From an uncultured Rikenellaceae bacterium (GTDB taxonomy: Bacteria; Bacteroidota; Bacteroidia; Bacteroidales; VadinHA17), in NCBI GenBank assembly GCA_964522415.1, contig CAZFVQ010000015.1, positions 12,601-76,600 of the forward strand: 64,000 nt of DNA. The letters run 5' to 3'. The notes beneath the pieces are model-generated. The model ran no database searches. It saw only the letters and a list, made by a program, of their open reading frames with translations, and was not told the origin of the DNA. The number at the start of each line of letters is the position of its first letter. The stretch's first letter is position 1. This document shows, one piece after another, positions 46,330-55,500 of this stretch. A program made the position numbers and the translations under genes.

Positions 46330-49300
46330 ATGAAAAGCGTATTTGCTCTTCTGCTGCTTGTTTCCACAATCACCTTACATGCACAAAACCCCGTGTGTTA
46401 TGTTTATCATGGATGCGGTGGCGCCACAGTAGCTGCCTACCCGGGAGACCCGGAGTGGACAAACATCACCTATGAATTTCAGCGGTTTTTCGAAGGTAAC
46501 TGGGTTACAATTCATCAGACAATTGAAAACTACCACCTGGTAATTCCCGGTGATATTAGCGTTGCAACCCAATACCGTGCAAGACTGCGCAACAATGTGA
46601 CCCTCCAGGAAATCATTTCAAACAGTGTAATTGTTGACCCTGCAAGATACAATGATGCTGTGGTTAAACCCGAACCAAAATTAACCTTTTATTGGGGAAC
46701 CATTGCCACAAGCGGATCCAACTATGTTGATGTGCAACCAATAGCGTCTCCGTTTCTGACGAGTATGCGGCCGCCGTTCACCTTCACCATTAAAAAGAAA
46801 GATGGTCCTGTTTTTGATCAGAAATTATCAACCAACGTTGTACGTTTTGACAGAAACATTGAAGCGAATCAGGAATATGTAGTTACTGTTAAGGATTATT
46901 GCAATCAGGTTGACTCAGTGACCGGAAATATTGCATTTGTACCCAGGGGCCGTATAGTTGAAAGAAGTTGCAGCGGTGCAAGCATGGAAGTGTACAGTGT
47001 TTTCGTCGGAGAGAACTTTGACGGCCGGCTGCCCCTTACTTTTGGCCTGGCGCCGCTTCATGACACCATTCTTTCAACTGCTGTACCCCAAAGTATTATT
47101 GATGGAATTAGCTATAACTACTCTGAAGGAATAATTACAGGCTTAACAGAAAAACGCTATGTGCTCAATGCAAAAGACAGGTTCGGAGTGCTTTCAAGAT
47201 ATTCTGTAATCAGCACCGGCATTGACTATCCTGTGGCGGTCTGGAGGGGCTATGGTTCCTATGGCGGCTTCTGTGAATACTATATAACTCTGATGGGCGA
47301 TTATCCGGAGCATGGTGTCCGGCTGGCCGGCACCAATGATCCATATATCTTTACTCCCGGACTGACCGTAAACAATCTGAGGTTAGGAAAAACATATGAA
47401 ATTGTAGTGCGCGACAGCTGCGGCAGATTAAGTAAGCCGACAATTCAATTTTTCCCGGCCGTGGATCCTGTTATCACTTCTGCTGAGATTTATGAAGAAG
47501 ATTGTAAAACAAAATTAACCGTAAATGCACAAACCTGTTCCGATAACCCCGAATACCTGTTAAAAATCTCTCAGGGTAATCCGGGTGTGTGGCAGTCTTC
47601 AAACCTTTTTGTATATGAAAGCATTACAGGTTGTGACACAGTTTTTGTCAGAGACGGTGACAACGTAATATTTCAGGAGGTCTGTACCGGCACCCTTCAG
47701 GCAGATGCTTTTATTTATCCTGTTTCAGACATTTGCGGAAGTCCTTATGAATTAATCGTGGATACTGACAATGGCTCTCCTCCTTACACATTTGAAATAA
47801 GTTCTGATGGAATAAATTTCTCTGACCCTGCAGACGATGGTTTCTTCACCCAGCTGCCACCCGGAATCTACACGGTAAGAGTAACTGATGCCTGCGGGCA
47901 ATCAGTTGTTATCATACCCGAAGATGGAATTGCAGGTGGCTTATTCGAGGTAACAGAATCAGGGTTCATTGGTGAATGCGGCGCCTCAGGAGGATATCTG
48001 CACATAAATATTGATTCTGGTTCAGATTTTCCTGTGAATCACCCGCCATACAAATACTCTGTTCGGGAGATAATCACCGGTTCAGGGTACAATATCAGTT
48101 ATGGCAGTGTTATTACCAGCGGTGAAACAACTGATACGGATTTCTTTATCTACGATTTGCCGGGCAGTAAACGTTATGGCGTTTTTATTACCAATGACTG
48201 TGATGATCCGTTTACACTTAAAGACCGGGCATTCAATGATTTTGTTATTTCCGGCTGTGATCAGTTTATAAGCGTCTGGAACCTTGCCATTCCCGGCGGG
48301 GCAGATACGGAAATAACTTTTAACGTGGCAACGGGCGGCACAGTTGCCTATACCTGGGAAACCATTCCTGCCGCTTATTCCGGTTCCGGAACATTCATCG
48401 GACCGTCGGCAACCATTGGTAACCTGCCTGCCGGTGCCACAATTCGTCTGAATATTCAGCCCGAAAACCTGAAAAGGTTCTTTATTGACGGTGGTATTGA
48501 CCGTAACAGACTGACACTGGTGGAGAACTGGGGCAGCACAGCCTGGACAAGTATGGAACTGGCATTTAATGGTTGTGCGAATCTTCAGATAACTGCCGTA
48601 GATGTGCCGGACCTGTCAGGCGTTACAAGTATGGAACTGATGTTCCAGTATTGCATTGCCCTGGATTCACCTGAAAATATCAACACCTGGAATACGGCTT
48701 CTGTTACCAATATGAGTTATATGTTTGCCGGGGCCACCAGTTTCAACCGGGACATCGGTTCATGGAATACATCTTCTGTTAATGATATGAGTGGTATGTT
48801 CAGGGAAGCATATGCCTTTGACCGGGATATTGGCACCTGGAACACGGCTGCTGTAACCAGTATGAGTAATATGTTCGCCTGGGCCTCCGGCTTTAACCGG
48901 AACATCGGTTCATGGACTTTAAACCCCGGAGTTATGCTGGAATATATGTTTGACGGCAGTGGCATGAGTTGTATTTCCTATTCCGCAACACTGGCAGGCT
49001 GGTATGCTAATCCATCTACTCCTTTAAACAGGGTACTGGGAGCCACAGGCATGCAATACGGCACATATGCCGAAACTGCAAGAGCTTATCTGACAGGAAT
49101 AATGGGATGGACGATAGAAGGCGATTCCTTTGTAAACGAAAGCTGTGAAGGACTCATGACAGGCATCACAGACACAAATTCAGGTGAGCTGAAAAAGATT
49201 ACAGCATGGATGGAAAGAGACGAGATTGTAATTAACGGAATTACTGAAAAAGCAGTTGCCGTATTATACGATTTAAGGGGAAATGCGATATGGATAAGAA

Positions 49301-49422
49301 AAATTGAAGAGACTGGGACCAACAGGATTAATGTCAATGGTCTTATCACCGGAATATATGTTTTACTCGTTAATGAAAATGGCAAAGACAGCAGCATTAA
49401 ACTCTTTATATCAGGGAAATAA
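46330..49422 (+). CDS. BspA-type leucine-rich-repeat (DUF285) surface protein with SprB-like N-terminal repeats and a T9SS C-terminal sorting domain
   Basis: Signal peptide. Repeated modules end in V(R/T/K)D.CG. DUF285 repeats read NTASVTNMSYMFAGATSFNRDIGSWNTSSVNDMSGMF. The C-terminus VAVLYDLRGNAIW...GIYVLLVNENGKDSSIKLFI is typical of the T9SS type A tail. Confidence 0.85.
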   Translation: MKSVFALLLLVSTITLHAQNPVCYVYHGCGGATVAAYPGDPEWTNITYEFQRFFEGNWVTIHQTIENYHLVIPGDISVATQYRARLRNNVTLQEIISNSVIVDPARYNDAVVKPEPKLTFYWGTIATSGSNYVDVQPIASPFLTSMRPPFTFTIKKKDGPVFDQKLSTNVVRFDRNIEANQEYVVTVKDYCNQVDSVTGNIAFVPRGRIVERSCSGASMEVYSVFVGENFDGRLPLTFGLAPLHDTILSTAVPQSIIDGISYNYSEGIITGLTEKRYVLNAKDRFGVLSRYSVISTGIDYPVAVWRGYGSYGGFCEYYITLMGDYPEHGVRLAGTNDPYIFTPGLTVNNLRLGKTYEIVVRDSCGRLSKPTIQFFPAVDPVITSAEIYEEDCKTKLTVNAQTCSDNPEYLLKISQGNPGVWQSSNLFVYESITGCDTVFVRDGDNVIFQEVCTGTLQADAFIYPVSDICGSPYELIVDTDNGSPPYTFEISSDGINFSDPADDGFFTQLPPGIYTVRVTDACGQSVVIIPEDGIAGGLFEVTESGFIGECGASGGYLHINIDSGSDFPVNHPPYKYSVREIITGSGYNISYGSVITSGETTDTDFFIYDLPGSKRYGVFITNDCDDPFTLKDRAFNDFVISGCDQFISVWNLAIPGGADTEITFNVATGGTVAYTWETIPAAYSGSGTFIGPSATIGNLPAGATIRLNIQPENLKRFFIDGGIDRNRLTLVENWGSTAWTSMELAFNGCANLQITAVDVPDLSGVTSMELMFQYCIALDSPENINTWNTASVTNMSYMFAGATSFNRDIGSWNTSSVNDMSGMFREAYAFDRDIGTWNTAAVTSMSNMFAWASGFNRNIGSWTLNPGVMLEYMFDGSGMSCISYSATLAGWYANPSTPLNRVLGATGMQYGTYAETARAYLTGIMGWTIEGDSFVNESCEGLMTGITDTNSGELKKITAWMERDEIVINGITEKAVAVLYDLRGNAIWIRKIEETGTNRINVNGLITGIYVLLVNENGKDSSIKLFISGK

Positions 49423-49722
49423 ATCATCGGCTCCATTTAGTACAAACTTATCATACAGGGTCTGTGCTGTGTACTTAAATATATGGCCGCGGATAGGGAA
49501 TAAATCAGTTTGAGTTACAAGATCATTTGCTCCCTGCGGTTCTATTGCCGTTTCCTTGATAGCGATGCGTTTAGCGACCTTCTTACCGACGATTTTCCAA
49601 CAAATGAAATCATGCGTTTTTATCACCTGTCTGCCAACGATCTGGAGTCATATAGATCGGGGGAAACGCACGACAACAGTATAATGCAAATTTTAAAATG
49701 ATAAAACCTTAAAAGTTATAAC

Positions 49723-49755
49723 TTTCTTTTGCAGCCGGTCTGGTAACAAGATTTC
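49723..49755 (+). repeat. Left copy of the imperfect direct repeat flanking the three-gene cassette
   Basis: TTTCTTTTGCAGCCGGTCTGGTAACAAGATTTC aligns with 51668-51703 with 3 mismatches and a 2-nt indel. Weaker similarity (TGATTC..AATCTTT) continues about 50 bp further. Confidence 0.65.
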
Positions 49756-49845
49756 GAACTTATTTAAGAACATTTTGTAAAAGAATGATTCTTGAATCTT
49801 TTTCTTAATTTGCATATCTTTATGCTTTGCATTTAAACTGAAAAG

Positions 49846-50577
49846 ATGAGCAAATTACCAAATGCTCCCTTATTAGAGGTAATTTTCGAATTAAGATGGA
49901 AGATTACCAATAAAAACGATTTAAGCAGATGTCAATATTTACATGGAGATCTTTACTCCAGGTTAAGTGAAAAATATCCAATAAGGGAGTCGTTAACCCC
50001 AATTGAATTACCATCAGAACTGCTAATCAATAATCCAGCTCATAGATTCAGAACAAATAAGGGAGGTTATCCTTTGTTTCAAGTGGGTCCTGGAATAATT
50101 ACATTAAATACCATTGACGATACCTACGCTTGGTCTGAATACTTTGAATTAATTAAAGAATTAATTCACAACTTTTTCAAGGTATATCCATTGATCGAAC
50201 ATGAAAAATTTACTCCTAATCTGAGATATGTAGATTTTTTCAAAATAGATCCGGAAAAAGAAAACCTGATTGAATTCGTCAGAAATTCGTTGAACACAAG
50301 TATCGAACAACGATTCTATAGTGAACCTGATTTTCCCTCTGTAATTACTTTGAACTTTGCCTACCCTACAAAGCTTGGGCAATTTATTTTTAATCTTAAT
50401 AATGGGAATAATCAACGAGCTGAAAAAGGACTAATCCTACAGACTGGAGTAAAGGGTATGGAATTCACTCCTAATACTGAAGAATTATTTACTTGGATTA
50501 ATGAATCGCATGAATTTTGTAGCGATATATTTAAAAAGCTAACTGCAGGCTCTTTATATGAATCTTTTAAATCATAA
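49846..50577 (+). CDS. TIGR04255-like protein (sporadically distributed family, function unknown)
   Basis: The N-terminal signature LPNAPLLEVIFELRWKI and the mid-protein LRYVDFFKI match my recollection of TIGR04255. AT-rich codon usage. Confidence 0.7.
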   Translation: MSKLPNAPLLEVIFELRWKITNKNDLSRCQYLHGDLYSRLSEKYPIRESLTPIELPSELLINNPAHRFRTNKGGYPLFQVGPGIITLNTIDDTYAWSEYFELIKELIHNFFKVYPLIEHEKFTPNLRYVDFFKIDPEKENLIEFVRNSLNTSIEQRFYSEPDFPSVITLNFAYPTKLGQFIFNLNNGNNQRAEKGLILQTGVKGMEFTPNTEELFTWINESHEFCSDIFKKLTAGSLYESFKS

Positions 50578-50578
50578 T

Positions 50579-50920
50579 ATGATCTCCTTCCCGTTCATAT
50601 TCTTACCTTGCTATTTGGAAACTGCCACCACAGTTGAAGCGACAAAAGAGGTATGGAATGATTATTATATTGAAATGTTTGAACCCAGACGATTTCTTAA
50701 CTATTCGGAAATGGAAGGATTAAAAACCATTAAGAATAATAAACTGACTACTGTTACATTTGATTCTGATGTTAAAAACACAAATACATCAGGGGAAGTC
50801 TATCAGGATTCTCTTTCGGGTAATTATGACATCCATATTCCAATAATCATCAACAAGTCCTTTCATTTCAAGGGAAAAGTCAAATCCATCTCAAGATATA
50901 AAATATCCATCAATATTTAA
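50579..50920 (+). CDS. Orphan small protein (113-120 aa)
   Basis: The ATG at 50579 is 1 nt after the upstream stop; the alternative ATG at 50558 overlaps the upstream gene by 20 nt. Hydrophobic N-terminus ISFPFIFLPCYL. I recognise no family. Confidence 0.55.
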   Translation: MISFPFIFLPCYLETATTVEATKEVWNDYYIEMFEPRRFLNYSEMEGLKTIKNNKLTTVTFDSDVKNTNTSGEVYQDSLSGNYDIHIPIIINKSFHFKGKVKSISRYKISINI

Positions 50921-50928
50921 TCTCAATC

Positions 50929-51456
50929 ATGGATTACCCTTGGTACACTATTTTAAAAAATAATGAAGAAATTCAGCAGGGTGATTTAATACCTGATTGC
51001 CCAATAATAATCCCACCTCCCAAAATAGAAGCTGATAAAGAACTTGATATTAAAGTTGAATTGATGGATGCAATTGTTCTTTCTCAAACCTGTGATCTCA
51101 TCCATGGGAAAGTAGATATTGTTTTAATGTGCCCTCTTTATTTGAAAAGTTTTGTTGAATCATTAAAGGATAAGAAAGCTATTAGAGAGGTAGTAGAAAA
51201 TCTTCGTAAGGGTTTCTTGTATAGTTACCATCTACTTAATAACTCAGATGTTATAGAAGATTTGAAAGACTACCAAGTAGTAGACTTTAAAAATGTTTAT
51301 GGGGTTAAATTCGATTTATTAAAGGGATTAATACAGGAAAGGGAATCAAGATATAGATTATTACCCCCATATCGAGAACATCTATCTCAAGCATTTGCCA
51401 GATATTTTATGAGAGTGGGCCTTCCTCAGGACATAAAAATAGAAGGATATTATTAA
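50929..51456 (+). CDS. Orphan protein (175 aa), unknown function
   Basis: Starts 8 nt after the previous stop. Notable motifs are QGDLIPDCPIII, AIVLSQTCDL, VLMCPLY and the C-terminal LLPPYREHLSQAFARYFMRVGLPQD. Confidence 0.65.
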   Translation: MDYPWYTILKNNEEIQQGDLIPDCPIIIPPPKIEADKELDIKVELMDAIVLSQTCDLIHGKVDIVLMCPLYLKSFVESLKDKKAIREVVENLRKGFLYSYHLLNNSDVIEDLKDYQVVDFKNVYGVKFDLLKGLIQERESRYRLLPPYREHLSQAFARYFMRVGLPQDIKIEGYY

Positions 51457-51667
51457 TTGTTTCAGATTAAATCATAAAATCTATACTTTATCCGAATCCT
51501 GTAACAGATCCCTCCCATTATTAGTCCTCTCATACTGAGCTTTCATCTATTGAGTTATGTTCTCGTTGTTTCCAAATTTATGTTACATTTTTTCATGCCT
51601 CCTTTTGAAGTGGTCAAAATCGGACTGCTATAAGGTATAATCAGACACTATCAAGACCAATTGGAGA

Positions 51668-51703
51668 TTTCTTTTTTGCTGCCGGCCTGGTAACACGATT
51701 TTC
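51668..51703 (+). repeat. Right copy of the imperfect direct repeat flanking the three-gene cassette
   Basis: TTTCTTTTTTGCTGCCGGCCTGGTAACACGATTTTC; see 49723-49755. Confidence 0.65.
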
Positions 51704-51959
51704 AAAAATCCACTCAACGGAATACTTTGATTCATCCAAATCTTTCATACAGATTATTTTTAAACAAACAGAATGAATATCCCGAAATATCAGTTTAACC
51801 TGATTAATTCATAAACCCCTTATTCAGTATAAAGATACACTTTTTGCTCTGATCCCTTTCCGGTTACTGACTGATTCATCCTCACGGGAGTTACTCCGGA
51901 TGAGATCCGGGCAAGCTGCAAGAAAATTCCCGGGATTGATCATTTCAGAAAAAAAAGAA

Positions 51960-51967
51960 TATATTTG
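51960..51967 (+). promoter_or_regulatory. -7 promoter box TATATTTG
   Basis: Exact TAnnTTTG match 9 nt before the P1 helix of the riboswitch. Confidence 0.45.
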
Positions 51968-51975
51968 CTCTGCGA

Positions 51976-52180
51976 TTACAGGTTCCCGGATCAGTCAGAT
52001 ACTGACCCGGGCGAAGAGGGAATCCTGTGAAAAACAGGAGCTGTACCCGCAGCTGTAAGTCCTGCAAGCGTTCCGGCAAACCCTGCCACTGTTAAACTCC
52101 AGGTGAGATGGGAAGGCAGCCGGAACAGGACAAGCCAGAAGACCTGCCTGTAACATGCTTCGTAGCTTTCGGGTGAAAGG
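51976..52180 (+). promoter_or_regulatory. Cobalamin (B12) riboswitch
   Basis: The P1 helix pairs TTACAGG (51976-82) with CCTGTAA (52147-53). The core reads AGAGGGAATCCTGTGAAAAACAGGAGCTGTACCCGCAGCTGTAAG, followed by GCCACTG, GGGAAGGC and the B12 box AGCCAGAAGACCTGCC. A 3' hairpin, GCTTTC-GGGT-GAAAG, follows. Confidence 0.85.
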
Positions 52181-52311
52181 CAAAGAATGAAATCTTAAAT
52201 GTTTCCATCTCCGCCTTTTTGTTATTTCTGCGAAGGATCCTGCATGTAAACTGCATCGTCATTTAATGATGCAGCTGTCGCAATGTTTACACAACGAGCA
52301 ACTTGACAGAA

Positions 52312-54225
52312 ATGGGAACAAAAACATTGCTATTTATCAGATCAGCCTTGTTGACAATATTGTCAATAATTTATGGGTCGGCAGTTTTTGCACAATCCAT
52401 TGCCGACACCATAATTCAAATCCCTGATGTGGTAATAAAAGCTTCCCGGTTTCAACAGTTCAGAAATGATATTAAAACAGATGAATTCACTTCTGAAGAG
52501 CTGAGTCCTTATTCAGGGGAATCACTCGGCCGTTTCCTGATAAGCAAAACGGCTCTGAATGTCAAAGGTTATGGAGTTGGCGGTGCATTGAGCAATATTT
52601 CCCTGCGGGGTACCTCAACAAGTCATGTCCAGGTTAACTGGAACGGCTTTCCCATCAATTCAGTCACCCTGGGCTCATCAGACTTTTCATTTATCCCTGT
52701 TGCCGGATTCGATAATATATCTGTTGTGTACGGAGCTCCGGGGGCTCTTTACGGAAGCGGTACATTTGGCGGAGCTGTCAATCTGGATAATAACCTGAAA
52801 ACGGTGAGTGCGCTGAAAGGATCAGTAAGTATAAGTTATGAATCCCTCGAAACCATCAACGGCAGCATGTCATTTACTATCGGAAACAACAGGCTGGCAT
52901 GGAAAACCAATGCATGGGGAACACTTTCCGGTAATAAGTTTAGCTACTATGATTATATCCTGCAGAACGACAGAAAGCAAACAGACGGCCAGTGGCATAA
53001 TACAGGTACTATTCAGCAGTTTATATTCCGTCTTTCACCGTCATCAACCATTGAAGCAGGATTATGGTATCAGGTAAAGGCCTTTAATATTCCATCACGG
53101 ATAGGATCGGTATCTTATGAACATCAGAGGGATTCAACCCTGAAATTCTTTACAGCCTGGAAAAAATCGGGCAGCCACTGGGGTATGGAAGCAAAAACAG
53201 CAATTTTCAGGGATTACCAGCGCTATACCCAGAAAGCATCTGAACAGGCGGCATCATATAGTATAGACTCAAGGATCAGGTCAAATCAATACTATGGAGA
53301 TGTGAATTTCAGATATCATCCGGGTCAGCATATTTCGATCGATGCAGGACTGATTGCCACTTTTATCAATGCGGATGTGTCAGCCTACGGGAAGAGAAAA
53401 GAGGAAAGAGGGCTGACAGCTTTTACAGGAATAAAATATGATACAGACCGCTTTTCATGTCAGGCAGGATTAAGAAAAGAGTGGAATTCCAATTTCAGTT
53501 CCGGTGTATTGTCCTCATTCGGAATGACAAGGCAAATGAAAGATGAGAGGTGGAAACTGAGAGTCAATATTTCACAGAAATTCCGTAAGCCCACATTTAA
53601 TGATCTTTTCTGGATGCCCGGAGGGAACCCTGACTTAAAGCCCGAAACAGGGTATTCGCTTGAAGCCGGTTCTTCCGTGACGATCCTTGAAAAAGAAAAA
53701 GCCACGCTGTCAGCCGATGCAGGAATCTACTGGTCAAAAATAAATAATATGATCGTGTGGCGGCCTGCCGGGATCTACTGGACCGCCATGAATCACCAGA
53801 GAGTATATTCTGCCGGAATGGACGGCAAACTGATTCTGGAGGTGACACACAGAAAACTAAAATACCGCTCGGCACTTAATTTAATGCTGAACAAGTCTGA
53901 TGTACAATCCTATGTTCCGGGAGAACATGAAAAAATGCTGTATTCCCCCCGTATAATCACTTCATGGGAAAACAGCCTGTCGGCAGGAATATTTGATTTT
54001 GTTGTTGATCATCATTTTACAGCAGACCGATTTTACGATGACAGTTCATTGCTGAAGCCTTACCAGGTTCTTGATATGAAAAGCGGAGTGAAGATTCCTG
54101 TCGGGAACGGACATCTGGGTATTCATCTGACTGTTAATAATCTGACAAACACCACTTATGAACTTATCAGGCTATACCCGGTGCCGGGTCGTTACTGGTC
54201 AGTCAGAATAAACTATTCCTTTTAA
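52312..54225 (+). CDS. btuB: TonB-dependent outer-membrane receptor, BtuB-type (downstream of the B12 riboswitch)
   Basis: Plug region DVVIKASR...ISLRGTSTSHVQVNWNGFPIN. C-terminal YWSVRINYSF. The ATG at 52312 is preferred over the TTG at 52303. Confidence 0.85.
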   Translation: MGTKTLLFIRSALLTILSIIYGSAVFAQSIADTIIQIPDVVIKASRFQQFRNDIKTDEFTSEELSPYSGESLGRFLISKTALNVKGYGVGGALSNISLRGTSTSHVQVNWNGFPINSVTLGSSDFSFIPVAGFDNISVVYGAPGALYGSGTFGGAVNLDNNLKTVSALKGSVSISYESLETINGSMSFTIGNNRLAWKTNAWGTLSGNKFSYYDYILQNDRKQTDGQWHNTGTIQQFIFRLSPSSTIEAGLWYQVKAFNIPSRIGSVSYEHQRDSTLKFFTAWKKSGSHWGMEAKTAIFRDYQRYTQKASEQAASYSIDSRIRSNQYYGDVNFRYHPGQHISIDAGLIATFINADVSAYGKRKEERGLTAFTGIKYDTDRFSCQAGLRKEWNSNFSSGVLSSFGMTRQMKDERWKLRVNISQKFRKPTFNDLFWMPGGNPDLKPETGYSLEAGSSVTILEKEKATLSADAGIYWSKINNMIVWRPAGIYWTAMNHQRVYSAGMDGKLILEVTHRKLKYRSALNLMLNKSDVQSYVPGEHEKMLYSPRIITSWENSLSAGIFDFVVDHHFTADRFYDDSSLLKPYQVLDMKSGVKIPVGNGHLGIHLTVNNLTNTTYELIRLYPVPGRYWSVRINYSF

Positions 54226-54257
54226 TATCTTTTAAAATCCATCTAAAACCAATAATT

Positions 54258-55352
54258 ATGAAAAAATTCAGATTGAAAACCCTGTTTCCTGCCTTTACTG
54301 CCATGTTTCCCGCATTTGCCCTGATTACAGTGCTCCTGCTGGTCTCATCATGTGAAAAGATCGAGGATGAACCGCCTTTGACAATCAATAACCTGAAAGG
54401 TATGTTTGTTGTGTGTGAAGGAGTTTATGGCCAGGCAAACGGTGATATCAGCTTTTATGATTCAAAGACCGGTCAGACGACAAAAAATCTTTACTACTCA
54501 GTGAATGGAGTGGAACCCGGCGATGTTGTGCAATCATTTGAAATAGCAGACACCCTCGGATTTATTGTTGTAAACAATTCACAGAAGGTTACAGTGGTAA
54601 ATATGAAGAATTTCAAAGTGGTCAAACATATTACCGGCTTTTCCTATCCCCGCAGTGTTGTCCGTGCCGATGAGAACACGGTATATGTATCGAACGGAAA
54701 CGGATCATCAGATAATTTTATTTACAAAATTAACCTGTCGACCCTGGAGATAAGCGGATCCCTCCCGCTAAGCACAGGACCGGAAAAACTGATCAGAGTG
54801 AATTCAAAAGTATATGCAGCAATTTCAGGCGGATGGGATAATGACGGCAACACGGTGATCGGAATCGATCCCCTGACCTTCTCGGTTACCGACACTTATA
54901 ATGTGGCTTCAGTTCCCGTTGACATAGTAGCCGACAAGAACAATAATATATGGGCATATTGCAAAGGTGTTGCTGATTACACAAACTGGCCGGATGTAAG
55001 CTATAATGATGCCGGGATAAGCAGGATCAACATATCTGACAATACGGTGAGCTCATTCCCGATTAGCAGTATGAGCTCTTCCGGAATCAATAATATAGCG
55101 GCAGGAAAAGATGGCAGCACGATTTATTATCTTAACGATGCTCTTTATCCCATGCCGGTAACTGCAACCGCATTACCGGAAAGCAAACTTGCCGATCAGG
55201 GATTTTACGGTCTGGATGTGGATCCGGAGACCGGTAATATCGTCTGTCTGGATGCAGTCAATTCCAAAGCTGTTATTTATAATACAGCAGGGGTGAAACA
55301 ATTTGAATTTGAAACGGCAAAATTTCCCTGTTCAGTGGTTTTCAGCTATTAA
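54258..55352 (+). CDS. Beta-propeller surface lipoprotein (YncE/DUF5074-like), possible BtuG-type B12-capture protein
   Basis: Lipobox LVSSC, repeated propeller-blade-like segments, and a position immediately downstream of btuB. Confidence 0.55.
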   Translation: MKKFRLKTLFPAFTAMFPAFALITVLLLVSSCEKIEDEPPLTINNLKGMFVVCEGVYGQANGDISFYDSKTGQTTKNLYYSVNGVEPGDVVQSFEIADTLGFIVVNNSQKVTVVNMKNFKVVKHITGFSYPRSVVRADENTVYVSNGNGSSDNFIYKINLSTLEISGSLPLSTGPEKLIRVNSKVYAAISGGWDNDGNTVIGIDPLTFSVTDTYNVASVPVDIVADKNNNIWAYCKGVADYTNWPDVSYNDAGISRINISDNTVSSFPISSMSSSGINNIAAGKDGSTIYYLNDALYPMPVTATALPESKLADQGFYGLDVDPETGNIVCLDAVNSKAVIYNTAGVKQFEFETAKFPCSVVFSY

Positions 55353-55359
55353 GAAACAA

Positions 55360-55500
55360 CTGGCGGTCATTAAGAGATTCAATGATGACTGCCAGTCCTA
55401 AAAGATTCTACTGTGTCTGCCAGTCCTAAGAAATTCAACGGTGACTCCCTGCCTCAAGAGGTTCAACAGCGACTGGCAGTCTTAAGAGATTCAATGGTGA
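55360..55500. repeat. 28-29-bp tandem repeat, 5 copies
   Basis: Units start at 55360, 55389, 55417, 55445 and 55473 (CTGSCAGTCYTAAGAGATTCAAYGGTGA-like). The last copies form the 3' end of nrdG. Confidence 0.85.
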
